A stretch of 64,000 nt of DNA, taken from contig CAKNQJ010000001.1 of assembly GCA_930990645.1 (NCBI GenBank), positions 104,153 through 168,152 of the forward strand, in the 5' to 3' direction. The position numbers were made by a program, and so were the translations under genes. This DNA comes from an uncultured Clostridium sp. Its GTDB lineage: Bacteria > Bacillota > Clostridia > TANB77 > CAG-508. The notes beneath the pieces are model-generated. The model saw nothing but the letters and a program-made list of their open reading frames with translations. It ran no database searches and was not told where the DNA came from. Shown here piece after piece: positions 1 through 8,762 of this stretch; position 1 is the stretch's first letter, and each line of letters starts with the position of its first letter.

Positions 1-348
1 CTAGAGAGTGTAGATGTTACAGCAGGACTTAAAGAAGACGGAGCAATAGTAATTAACACAACTAAAGATGGAGAAGAATTGAAAAAATTATTAAAAGGAT
101 ATAAAGGAAAAGTGTATACCATAGATGCTAGAAAAGTATCTATGGAAACATTAGGAAAATATTTTCCAAATACACCAATGCTTGCTGCAATAATTAAAGT
201 AAGCAAAATAATGAATGAAGAAGATTTTATAAAAGACATGGAAGGTTCTTTCAAGCATAAATTTGCTAAAAAGCCAGAAGTAATTGAAGGAAACATGAAA
301 GCTTTGCAAATGGCATTAAGCGAAGTAAAAGAAGTGGGTGGAATTTAG
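1..348 (+). CDS. porG: 2-oxoacid:ferredoxin oxidoreductase gamma subunit (pyruvate/ketoisovalerate type), 5-prime partial
   Basis: Open frame from window start to TAG at 346-348. First of a GDAB subunit gene order matching por/vor operons. Confidence 0.7.
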   Translation, partial: LESVDVTAGLKEDGAIVINTTKDGEELKKLLKGYKGKVYTIDARKVSMETLGKYFPNTPMLAAIIKVSKIMNEEDFIKDMEGSFKHKFAKKPEVIEGNMKALQMALSEVKEVGGI

Positions 349-393
349 GGACAGGTCTTAAATTCCACAATAGTGGAAAATGAGACCTGTCCC
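348..393. repeat. Nested inverted repeat GGGACAGGTCT..TTCCAC-aata-GTGGAA..AGACCTGTCCC, member of the GGGACA box family
   Basis: Perfect 11-bp outer stem plus 6-bp inner stem read directly; lies between the gamma and delta genes. Confidence 0.8.
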
Positions 394-425
394 TATTTTC
401 CACAAAACAGAAAGGAGAGAGAAAG

Positions 426-722
426 ATGACTAACATAGATAAAAATACACCAGCATGTAAAATGACAATTGGCGGAGAAATTTATGAAGCTGGTAATGCA
501 AGAGAATTTAAAACTGGTGATTGGAGAAGTGTTAGACCTGAATACATCCCAGAAAAATGTATTCAATGTGGACTTTGTTTTCCAGTATGCCCAGAAGATG
601 CTATACCAGTAGGAAAAGACCAAAAAAGAACAGACTTCAATTTTGATTATTGTAAAGGATGTGGAGTTTGCGCAAAGTTTTGTCCTTTTGGAGCTATCGT
701 TATGAAAACGGAAGGAGAGTAA
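426..722 (+). CDS. porD: 2-oxoacid:ferredoxin oxidoreductase delta subunit (2x[4Fe-4S] ferredoxin)
   Basis: Two CxxCxxCxxxCP motifs (CIQCGLCFPVCP, CKGCGVCAKFCP); RBS GGAGAG upstream. Confidence 0.85.
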   Translation: MTNIDKNTPACKMTIGGEIYEAGNAREFKTGDWRSVRPEYIPEKCIQCGLCFPVCPEDAIPVGKDQKRTDFNFDYCKGCGVCAKFCPFGAIVMKTEGE

Positions 723-948
723 GATTGAAAAAATAAACGGCGTCTTGCGTTGTTAAAATTTAGACAAAAAATCCTCAGCGTACACCAGTACGCCTCCGGT
801 GTTTTTGCTAAATTTTGCCTAGCAATACTTGTTTCTTTTTTCAATTATATTTAACTAACCTTCTAATGATTTTTTAATAAAAACAAATGTATGTAAAAAA
901 AAACGCAAAAGGGGTCCGTCCCCAATTGCAAAAAAAGGAGAGGATACA

Positions 949-2133
949 ATGAGTATAAGAGAGCGTTTAAGTGGAAATGAAGCAGCAGCTACAGCTATGA
1001 AACAAATTAATCCTGATGTAGTGGCAGCATTTCCGATAACACCATCAACAGAAATTCCACAATATTTTTCTACTTTTGTGGATAATGGTATGGTAGATAC
1101 AGAGTTTGTTGCAGTTGAGAGTGAGCATAGTGCGATGAGTGCTTGTATTGGAGCAGAAGCTGCAGGTGCAAGAGCTATGACTGCTACATCTGCAAATGGT
1201 TTATCTTTAATGTGGGAGATGGTATATATAGCATCTGGTATGAGACTTCCAATAGTAATGTCTCTAGTAAACAGAGCAGTATCAGGACCACTAAATATCC
1301 ATAACGACCATTCAGATGCAATGGGAGTTAGAGATGCAGGCTGGATTATGCTTTTCTCAGAGACTAATCAAGAAGCATACGATAATTTACTTATGGCACA
1401 TAGAATTGCAGAAAATGAAAATGTTTTACTTCCATTAATGGTATGCCAAGATGGATTTATAACATCACATTCTATTGAGAACATAGAACTTTTAGAAGAT
1501 GAGAAAGTAAAAGAGTTTGTTGGTAAGTATACACCAAAACATTACTTATTAAATGAGAAAGAACCAGTTGCAATGGGACCAATGGACTTACAAGCATTCT
1601 TGTTTGAGCACAAGTATCAACAAGCAGAAGCTATGAGAAATGCAAAGCAAGTTATACTTGATGTTGCAAAAGATTTTGAAAAATTAACAGGAAGAAAATA
1701 TGGATTATTTGAAGAATACAGATTAGATGATGCTGAAATTGCAATAGTTTGTATGAATTCAACAGCTGGAACAACAAAAGAGATTGTTGATAGCTTAAGA
1801 GAAAAGAGAATAAAAGCAGGACTTTTAAAAATTCGTGTATTTAGACCATTCCCAGCAGAAGAAATTGCAAAAGCACTTTCTCATGTAAAAGCTGTTGCAG
1901 TTTTAGATAAAGCTGATTCACTAAATGGTGTAGGAGGAGCTTTATTTACAGATATAACTTCTGCAATGCAAGTAAATGGTGTCCAAGTTCCTACTTCAAG
2001 CTATGTGTATGGTATAGGTGGAAGAGATACTACAGCAACAGATATTGAATCAGTATATAATGATTTAATGGAAGATAGCAAAAAAGAAAAAATAGAAAAT
2101 CCATATAGATATCTTGGATTAAGAAAGGAGTAG
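949..2133 (+). CDS. porA: 2-oxoacid:ferredoxin oxidoreductase alpha subunit
   Basis: 394 aa with POR alpha-like domain-order sequence; RBS AAAGGAGAGG; stop overlaps start of the next gene. Confidence 0.85.
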   Translation: MSIRERLSGNEAAATAMKQINPDVVAAFPITPSTEIPQYFSTFVDNGMVDTEFVAVESEHSAMSACIGAEAAGARAMTATSANGLSLMWEMVYIASGMRLPIVMSLVNRAVSGPLNIHNDHSDAMGVRDAGWIMLFSETNQEAYDNLLMAHRIAENENVLLPLMVCQDGFITSHSIENIELLEDEKVKEFVGKYTPKHYLLNEKEPVAMGPMDLQAFLFEHKYQQAEAMRNAKQVILDVAKDFEKLTGRKYGLFEEYRLDDAEIAIVCMNSTAGTTKEIVDSLREKRIKAGLLKIRVFRPFPAEEIAKALSHVKAVAVLDKADSLNGVGGALFTDITSAMQVNGVQVPTSSYVYGIGGRDTTATDIESVYNDLMEDSKKEKIENPYRYLGLRKE

Positions 2134-3093
2134 ATGATAATGGCATATAATATGAAGGAAATAGTAGCTGAAAAGAAATCAAGATTTACTTCAGGACATA
2201 GAATGTGTGCTGGATGTGGAGCTCCACCAGTAACAAGGATGATTTTAAGAGCTTTAAAACCAGAAGACCACGCAGTAATAGCAAATGCTACAGGATGTAT
2301 GGAAGTTTCAAGTTTTATATACCCATATACAGCTTGGACAGAATCATATATTCATACAGCTTTTGAATGTGCAGCTGCAACTTGCTCTGGAGTAGAAGCA
2401 GCATATAAATCAATGAAAAAACAAGGAAAATTACCAGAAGATGTTCATACAAAATTCATAGCTTTTGGTGGAGATGGAGGAACATATGATATAGGTCTTC
2501 AAAGTTTATCTGGAGCTATGGAAAGAGGCCATGACATGACATATGTATGTTATGATAATGGTGCATACATGAATACTGGTATTCAACGTTCATCTGCAAC
2601 ACCAAGATTTGCTGACACAACAACAAGTCCAGCAGGAAGCGTAATTCCTGGAAAAATGCAATCAAGAAAAGACTTAACTGAGATTATGGAAGCACATCAC
2701 TTACCATATGTTGCACAAACAGCAGCATATATGAATTTTAAAGATTTGTATGAAAAAGCAGAAAAAGCAATTTATACAGAAGGACCAACATTCCTAAATG
2801 TACTTGCTCCATGTCCAAGGGGATGGGGATACCCAACAGAAGATTTAATGAACATCAATAAATTAGCTGTAGAGACATGCTACTGGCCATTATATGAGAT
2901 TGAAAATGGTAAATACAAAATAACATATAAGCCAGCTAAGAAACTTCCTATAGAAGAATTTTTGAAACCACAAAAACGTTTTAAACATATGTTTAAACCA
3001 GGAAATGAATGTATGATAGAAGAATTCCAAAAAGAAGTCGATAGAAGATGGGAAGCTTTATTAAAGCTAGAAGAAATGAGCAATAAGGAATAA
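2134..3093 (+). CDS. porB: 2-oxoacid:ferredoxin oxidoreductase beta subunit (TPP-binding)
   Basis: 319 aa; GDGG TPP-binding motif (FGGDGGTYDIG); cysteine cluster CAGCG near the N-terminus. Confidence 0.85.
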   Translation: MIMAYNMKEIVAEKKSRFTSGHRMCAGCGAPPVTRMILRALKPEDHAVIANATGCMEVSSFIYPYTAWTESYIHTAFECAAATCSGVEAAYKSMKKQGKLPEDVHTKFIAFGGDGGTYDIGLQSLSGAMERGHDMTYVCYDNGAYMNTGIQRSSATPRFADTTTSPAGSVIPGKMQSRKDLTEIMEAHHLPYVAQTAAYMNFKDLYEKAEKAIYTEGPTFLNVLAPCPRGWGYPTEDLMNINKLAVETCYWPLYEIENGKYKITYKPAKKLPIEEFLKPQKRFKHMFKPGNECMIEEFQKEVDRRWEALLKLEEMSNKE

Positions 3094-3102
3094 AATTTTT
3101 AC

Positions 3103-3290
3103 TTGGACAAAAGGGACACTCCTTTTTGTTCAAGTTTTTGGATGTTTGGGACACTCCTTAAATTAGCTCTAGCATATGAAATATTTTATTCTATTTTTGT
3201 TAAATATTTAACTAATAGACCTGTCCCTTTTGTCCAAGTTCTTGGACGAAAAGGAGTGTCCCAAAAGTCCAAGTCCGACTATAAATAATA
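3103..3290. repeat. Cluster of GGGACACTCC / GACCTGTCCC / GGAGTGTCCC boxes with an internal GTCCAAG-ttc-TTGGAC inverted repeat
   Basis: Boxes at 3113-3122, 3148-3157, 3218-3227 and 3253-3262. Lies between convergent porB and lgt and overlaps the lgt 3-prime end. Confidence 0.85.
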
Positions 3291-4008
3291 CAATGCTAAT
3301 CCATTGTGAAGTTGATAAACTAAAGTATATTCCACGTATTAGGTCTCCTCTAAAGAATTCTAGAGTAAATCTAACTATGCTGTATAAAACTAAGTAAAGT
3401 CCAACAGTTTTGTATGTTCCTAAGAATTTTTTGTAAGTTAAAAGTAATACTATAAAAATTATAAAATTACATATCGCTTCTACAATTTGCATTGGGAATA
3501 ATGGTACATCATTTGGTGCAAGCAAAGAATCATGGAATGTAATAGCACCAAAGCCATGATATTCCATGCCATAACAGCAACCTGCACATAAGCAACCTAT
3601 TCTGCCAATACTATGAATTAGAGGTACTACAGGAAGTAAAATTAAAAGCAATTCTTTAAATGAAATTTTAAATTGTTTAGAATAAATAAATACTCCTAAA
3701 ATTCCTCCAATTAATCCACCATAAAATACGAATCCGCCTTTCAACATTTGCAAAAATGTATCATATAAATCCAGTGATTGATAATTTTCTACTAAGAATG
3801 GAATGTTAGTTATAATATATAAAAGTTTAGCTCCAATTCCAAGTCCAATAACAGCATATAGTATACAGTAAAAAACATCTTCTTTTTTTATATTAAAAAA
3901 CTTTGAAAAATAAAAAATTGAGATAATTGCACCAATAAAAATGCCTATAAAAATAATTAGACCATATGTTGCAATTTTATATCCAAATATATTAATGTAT
4001 GGTAACAT
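3208..4008 (-). CDS. lgt: Prolipoprotein diacylglyceryl transferase
   Basis: Lgt signature region (GRIGCLCAGCCYG) and multiple TM segments; RBS GGAGGA; last ~25 codons lie inside the repeat cluster. Confidence 0.85.
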   Translation of the reverse strand: MLPYINIFGYKIATYGLIIFIGIFIGAIISIFYFSKFFNIKKEDVFYCILYAVIGLGIGAKLLYIITNIPFLVENYQSLDLYDTFLQMLKGGFVFYGGLIGGILGVFIYSKQFKISFKELLLILLPVVPLIHSIGRIGCLCAGCCYGMEYHGFGAITFHDSLLAPNDVPLFPMQIVEAICNFIIFIVLLLTYKKFLGTYKTVGLYLVLYSIVRFTLEFFRGDLIRGIYFSLSTSQWISIVLFIVGLGLLGHSFSSKNLDKRDRSIS

Positions 4009-4265
4009 ATATCCTCCTCACGCAATTTACATTATACAAAGTAGTTTTGCAAATATGCACATTTAAAAGCTGCATGTTCTATTGTATAAAAAGTATAATA
4101 AAAAATAGGTAAACAAATAATTTGTTTACCATTAAGAGTACAACATTGCAAAGCAATTTGTACATATGTGCATAAAAAGTTTTGATTTTCTATATGCACG
4201 TTTTTCTTACAATTTTAAATATTTAAACAAATAACAAATTATATTTCTTATTTATCTAAAAATGA

Positions 4266-4547
4266 TTAATATAATGAAGAACCAATAGTTCCAGCTGTTC
4301 CAAGTGCACCGATACAAGCAATGCAAGCTATAAATATTAAAGCACAAAGAATTGTACCAATTATAGAAAGTACTAAACCAGCTGTTGCCATTCCACATGG
4401 ATTCTTCTTTTTAGCCATAACACCTAGTACTATACCAACTATACCAATGATTAATCCTAACCATTGTAGGAAGAAGCTAAATACAATTGCTACAATACCA
4501 AGAACTAAAGAAGCTATTGCTAATCCATTAGATTTCTTTTCTTCCAT
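4266..4547 (-). CDS. Small integral membrane protein (DUF4190-like, two TM segments)
   Basis: 93 aa, hydrophobic; RBS AAGGAGG 7 nt upstream. Confidence 0.5.
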   Translation of the reverse strand: MEEKKSNGLAIASLVLGIVAIVFSFFLQWLGLIIGIVGIVLGVMAKKKNPCGMATAGLVLSIIGTILCALIFIACIACIGALGTAGTIGSSLY

Positions 4548-4700
4548 AATACATCCTCCTTATTTCGACATAATATAACTAAATTATACAATAAATACGC
4601 ATTTATTGCAATAGAAAATCAAGAAAAAATTAAGAAACTTGAGCAAAACAAAATAGAATGTATAAAATATACATTCTATTATATGCAAATATGTATACTC

Positions 4701-4874
4701 TTATTCATTTGATTCTGGTGCTCCCATAGGGCATACATTAGCACAAGTTCCGCATCCGATACATACTGACTCATCTATTACATATCTGTCATCTCCTTGA
4801 GATATACATTGCATAGGACAAGCTCCTGCACATGCACCACAACTAATACATTTCTCACTTATTTTATATGTCAT
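4701..4874 (-). CDS. fdx: Clostridial-type 2x[4Fe-4S] ferredoxin (57 aa)
   Basis: Hand translation gives MTYKISEKCISCGACAGACPMQCISQGDDRYVIDESVCIGCGTCANVCPMGAPESNE; RBS GGAGGTG 8 nt upstream. Missing from the ORF track because it is under 60 aa. Confidence 0.8.
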   Translation of the reverse strand: MTYKISEKCISCGACAGACPMQCISQGDDRYVIDESVCIGCGTCANVCPMGAPESNE

Positions 4875-5029
4875 AACTAATTCACCTCCTTAAAGTTATT
4901 TATATATATTTTTTTAGTATTGTCTTGAAGGGTATTTGTATCTCCAAAAACAAACTTTAAAGCTATTTATATATACTTTTTAGCTAGAATAAATTGTTTT
5001 ATCAAAGTACTTAAGCAAAATAGTGATAA

Positions 5030-5956
5030 TTAAAAAATGTCATCCTCATTTTTGGTTTCTTTATCTTGCTTTTCTAATTCCTCTAGCTTTTGAAGTTCTT
5101 CCATATTTTCTTTTTCTTCCTCATCCATTACTTCAGAAGAAACATTTTTAATAATTTTTAAATCTGAGGCATTGAATTTCTTAAAATATGTTTCATCACT
5201 ATCGTCTTTTAATCTTACTTTGACAATCTCCTTCAAGGTCTCTATGGAATCCACAGTGCCTTCTCCATCGGGAGTCATAACAATTGCTCCTATTTTTGGT
5301 AAATGTTTTAGTTTTTCCTCATACACATCTTGCTCATATTTTAGACAACACATAAGTCTTCCACAATTTCCAGAGATTTTAGATGGATTTAAAGACATAT
5401 TTTGCTCTTTAGCCATCTTTATAGACACGGTTTCGAAGTTATTTAGAAAAGAACAACAACAAAGTTCTCTACCACAAACCCCGTTTCCACCAATTCGTCT
5501 TACTTCATCTCTAACACCAATTTGCCTTAGTTCAATTCTTGTTTTGAAAATTGCAGCAAGTTCTTTTACTAGTTCTCTAAAATCAATCCTACCATCTGCA
5601 GTAAAGTAAAATAACAATTTACTATTATCAAAACTGTACTCAACATCGGTTAGATGCATATCTAATTTTAATTTTTTAATTTTTTGCTCACAGATTTTAA
5701 AAGCTTCTTCTTCTTGTTTTTTGTTTTCTTCATAGTGCTTAATATCTTTGTAATTTGCGATACGAATTACCTTTTTCAATGGAGTGCTAAGTTTTGTTTC
5801 AGGATGCATTTTCTTTTTAACAACAACCTCACCTAGCTCTTCTCCTAAAGCGGTCTCAACAATAACTTTATTTTTAACATATATATGTAAGTTTCCTGGG
5901 TCAAAGAAATATACTTTGCCAGGCTTTTTAAATCTTACGCCTATTATAACCTTCAT
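5030..5956 (-). CDS. ricT: PSP1 domain protein RicT/YaaT (stage 0 sporulation / RNase Y regulator)
   Basis: PSP1 C-terminal cysteine motifs (GVCGRELCCCSFL, CGRLMCCLKYE); sits next to holB as in Bacillus. Confidence 0.8.
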   Translation of the reverse strand: MKVIIGVRFKKPGKVYFFDPGNLHIYVKNKVIVETALGEELGEVVVKKKMHPETKLSTPLKKVIRIANYKDIKHYEENKKQEEEAFKICEQKIKKLKLDMHLTDVEYSFDNSKLLFYFTADGRIDFRELVKELAAIFKTRIELRQIGVRDEVRRIGGNGVCGRELCCCSFLNNFETVSIKMAKEQNMSLNPSKISGNCGRLMCCLKYEQDVYEEKLKHLPKIGAIVMTPDGEGTVDSIETLKEIVKVRLKDDSDETYFKKFNASDLKIIKNVSSEVMDEEEKENMEELQKLEELEKQDKETKNEDDIF

Positions 5957-6030
5957 GTAAATACCTCCGTTTTTGATATATCTAAGTAAGTTTTCTATTC
6001 ATAGAATAAGTTTGAATATTACTATTAATA

Positions 6031-6927
6031 CTAATGATTAAATTTCCATAATTGCAACAAAAGATTATCAATACACATATCATAATTTGCATTAGAAGAT
6101 AACTTCTTTTTGCTTATCTCAACAAATTTAACTGCATTAACATATTTATAATCATTAGTTGTACGCAATTTATTTAAAAATACAATATTAAAATAATCTA
6201 GCATATTTGCAATATTTTCTTTAGATTTATACAATATTTCAGAATCATTCCAAATATCAATTATATTTTTATTTTCAAGACTATCTATAATCTTATCCAA
6301 TGAATCGTATAAATCACTTTCAGTGCTTAAAGCAATCAATTTTGCAATACTACCATCATAAACAGGCAATAAATTAAAGTTTATATTTATACTATGTGTT
6401 TCAGCATATTTTTTTAAATCATCATCAGTTAGCTTTTTAAAGGATATCTTAGTACATCTTGATTTGATTGTATTTAAAAGTTTGCTCTCATTTGAGGCAA
6501 CCAAAATTAAATTTGCATATTCTGGTGGCTCTTCTAATGTTTTAAGTAAACAATTCTGAGCTTCAGTTGTCATTAAATCACTATTATTTATAACATATAC
6601 TTTATTTGAAGAGACAATAGGCTTTTCTGCAATACTTTCTTGCATTAATCTTATTTGACCAATTTTAATGCTCTTGCCATCTTCACTATCTATAAATGCA
6701 AAATCAGGATGGTTGCCACTATCGAACTTTATACAAGAAGAGCAGTTGCCACAAGCTTTTTCAGCTGTCTCACATAAAATCATTTTGGCTAACTCTTTAG
6801 CAAAAAGACTTTTGCCAATGCCATCAGAGCCAATAAACATATAACTATGCACTAAATTTTTGGTTTCTAGTGATTTACTTAATAATTCTTTTATATCATC
6901 GTTTCCAATAATATTGCTAAAGTTCAA
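6031..6927 (-). CDS. holB: DNA polymerase III delta-prime subunit
   Basis: AAA+ P-loop GSDGIGKS and zinc module CGNCSSC. Start taken as TTG at 6927 with RBS GGGAGTG 7 nt upstream; the ORF track extends to 6996, into the repeat element. Confidence 0.75.
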   Translation of the reverse strand: MNFSNIIGNDDIKELLSKSLETKNLVHSYMFIGSDGIGKSLFAKELAKMILCETAEKACGNCSSCIKFDSGNHPDFAFIDSEDGKSIKIGQIRLMQESIAEKPIVSSNKVYVINNSDLMTTEAQNCLLKTLEEPPEYANLILVASNESKLLNTIKSRCTKISFKKLTDDDLKKYAETHSININFNLLPVYDGSIAKLIALSTESDLYDSLDKIIDSLENKNIIDIWNDSEILYKSKENIANMLDYFNIVFLNKLRTTNDYKYVNAVKFVEISKKKLSSNANYDMCIDNLLLQLWKFNH

Positions 6928-6955
6928 AATATCACTCCCATTTTGGTATTTAAAA

Positions 6956-7034
6956 TCCGTTCCATTTTGCTGGCACATATATTTTATCTTCTCCAAGTAT
7001 TCGAATAGAAAATATATGTGCCACGTGGAACTAC
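6956..7034. repeat. 79-bp MITE-like palindromic element, copy A
   Basis: TCCGTTCCATTTTGCTGG-CACATATATTTT-...-AAAATATATGTG-CCACGTGGAACTAC. The internal inverted repeat is a perfect 12 bp; related copies at 33320-33468 and 45037-45115. Confidence 0.8.
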
Positions 7035-7057
7035 TTAGATAAATTATTTATGTGTAA

Positions 7058-7699
7058 CTATTCTACTTTTCCAAATAAATTTAATGGCCAAAATCTAATC
7101 CACACTGTTCCTTCGATTTTTTCTAAAGGAATACAACCAAATGCTCTACAATCTGTAGAATGATCTCTATTATCTCCCATAGCAAATACACAATTTTCTG
7201 GAACAACTAAATCTGAGAATATGCCATTTCCCATAGTTGTTGTGACACCGTCTTGTAAGTATGGCTCATCTAACTCTTCATTATTAACATAAACTTTTCC
7301 ATCTTTAATTTGTACATGGTCACCGGGAAGTCCAATAACTCTCTTGATATAACTTTCTTTGCCAATTTCTAAAACATAATAAACAAATTTGCTAAACCAA
7401 TTTGTAGGCTCATTATTATATCTAGCAATTACATTATTATCAAGATCATCTGCAGACACATATGTTTCAGAAGGTGCCTCAAATGTAATGATGTCGCCAC
7501 GTTCAGGCATTTGATCTGTGGTTCGGCTCCATCTATTTAAAATAAGTCTTTGATTTTGCATTAATGTTGGGTACATAGATGATTGTTTTACAATAGTTGG
7601 AGTTCCTATAAAATATCTTATTAATAATGCTAAAATAAATGCAATTAATATGCATACTATCCATTCTATAATATCTTTTGTTTTATCACGTATGCTCAT
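7058..7699 (-). CDS. lepB: Signal peptidase I
   Basis: N-terminal TM segment; GDNRDHSTDCR box E region. Confidence 0.85.
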   Translation of the reverse strand: MSIRDKTKDIIEWIVCILIAFILALLIRYFIGTPTIVKQSSMYPTLMQNQRLILNRWSRTTDQMPERGDIITFEAPSETYVSADDLDNNVIARYNNEPTNWFSKFVYYVLEIGKESYIKRVIGLPGDHVQIKDGKVYVNNEELDEPYLQDGVTTTMGNGIFSDLVVPENCVFAMGDNRDHSTDCRAFGCIPLEKIEGTVWIRFWPLNLFGKVE

Positions 7700-7894
7700 G
7701 ATTTATATCAATTCCTTTCTAAAAGTCAATAAATTACTATAATATTATATAATTTTTTGGACAACTTATCAATGGTTTTGCGAAATTTTGAATAAATTTG
7801 TAAAAATAAGAAAAAATAAAAACTAATTGACAATTAAAAAAAGTTGAATTATTATATAAGTATGGTAAAGAAGAGTTTAACAAAGGAGGACATT

Positions 7895-8518
7895 ATGCGA
7901 GTAATAAAAGAACAAAAAGGCTCAATGGCTGTGTATGTCTCGATAGTGCTTATAAGTATGCTATTTATACTTTTAGCTGTGTTTATATCATCAAATGCAG
8001 TATTAAAGTCGCAAATGGAGACTACAGTTGGTATAAAGCAAAGCTATGAATTAGATAATAATAGGGCATCTGAAATATATGATAGCGTTATAAACAAAGA
8101 AGAAGAGAAGTACGTATTTGTTGAAGAATTTAATACATTACCAACATATGATTCTAGTAATACTGATATGTCAGTAGAAAATGGAATAATAACCCTGACT
8201 GCGACTGGAATCGATCCAATGATTTTTATGTATAATGTCACTTCATTTAATCCAAATGAATACAGATACATTGATGTTAGATATAGAGTTATTTCAGGAA
8301 ATGATATGATGGAGTTCTTTATGATAGAAAATCCATCAGACCAAACATATTCTTGTGGAGCTTCTCTAGAGAGTGATGGGCAGTGGCATGTGTTAACAAT
8401 AGATTTAATGAATTATCCAAATATAATAAATAGAGGAACAATAACCGGTTGGAGATGGGACTGGGTAGGAGATCAAACAACATCAATTCAAGTTGATTAT
8501 ATTAGGATTAGAAAATAA
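7895..8518 (+). CDS. Hypothetical membrane-anchored protein (one N-terminal TM, extracellular domain)
   Basis: RBS AAGGAGG 5 nt before the ATG at 7895. The ORF-track start at 7844 has no RBS. No recognisable family. Confidence 0.5.
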   Translation: MRVIKEQKGSMAVYVSIVLISMLFILLAVFISSNAVLKSQMETTVGIKQSYELDNNRASEIYDSVINKEEEKYVFVEEFNTLPTYDSSNTDMSVENGIITLTATGIDPMIFMYNVTSFNPNEYRYIDVRYRVISGNDMMEFFMIENPSDQTYSCGASLESDGQWHVLTIDLMNYPNIINRGTITGWRWDWVGDQTTSIQVDYIRIRK

Positions 8519-8650
8519 ATTATGATTATGTATGAGTTTTTTTGTATAGTTAAAAATACATTAATCTATACAGTTTCAAAATTTATAATAAAAATAGTGT
8601 TAATTTGAAATAAATGGCACTATTTTTTTGCGAAAATTTTACGTAAAACA

Positions 8651-8679
8651 TTGACGTTTCGCTTATTTCCGTATATAAT
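8651..8679 (+). promoter_or_regulatory. Sigma-A-like promoter TTGACG-17 bp-TATAAT upstream of minD
   Basis: Near-consensus hexamers with a 17-bp spacer, read directly. Confidence 0.5.
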
Positions 8680-8762
8680 ATTAATGTCTAAAATTATGCA
8701 TTTTTATTGTGAGCAAAATATGCCAACAAAAGTTGGCTTTAAATTTACAAGGAGGAGAACAT

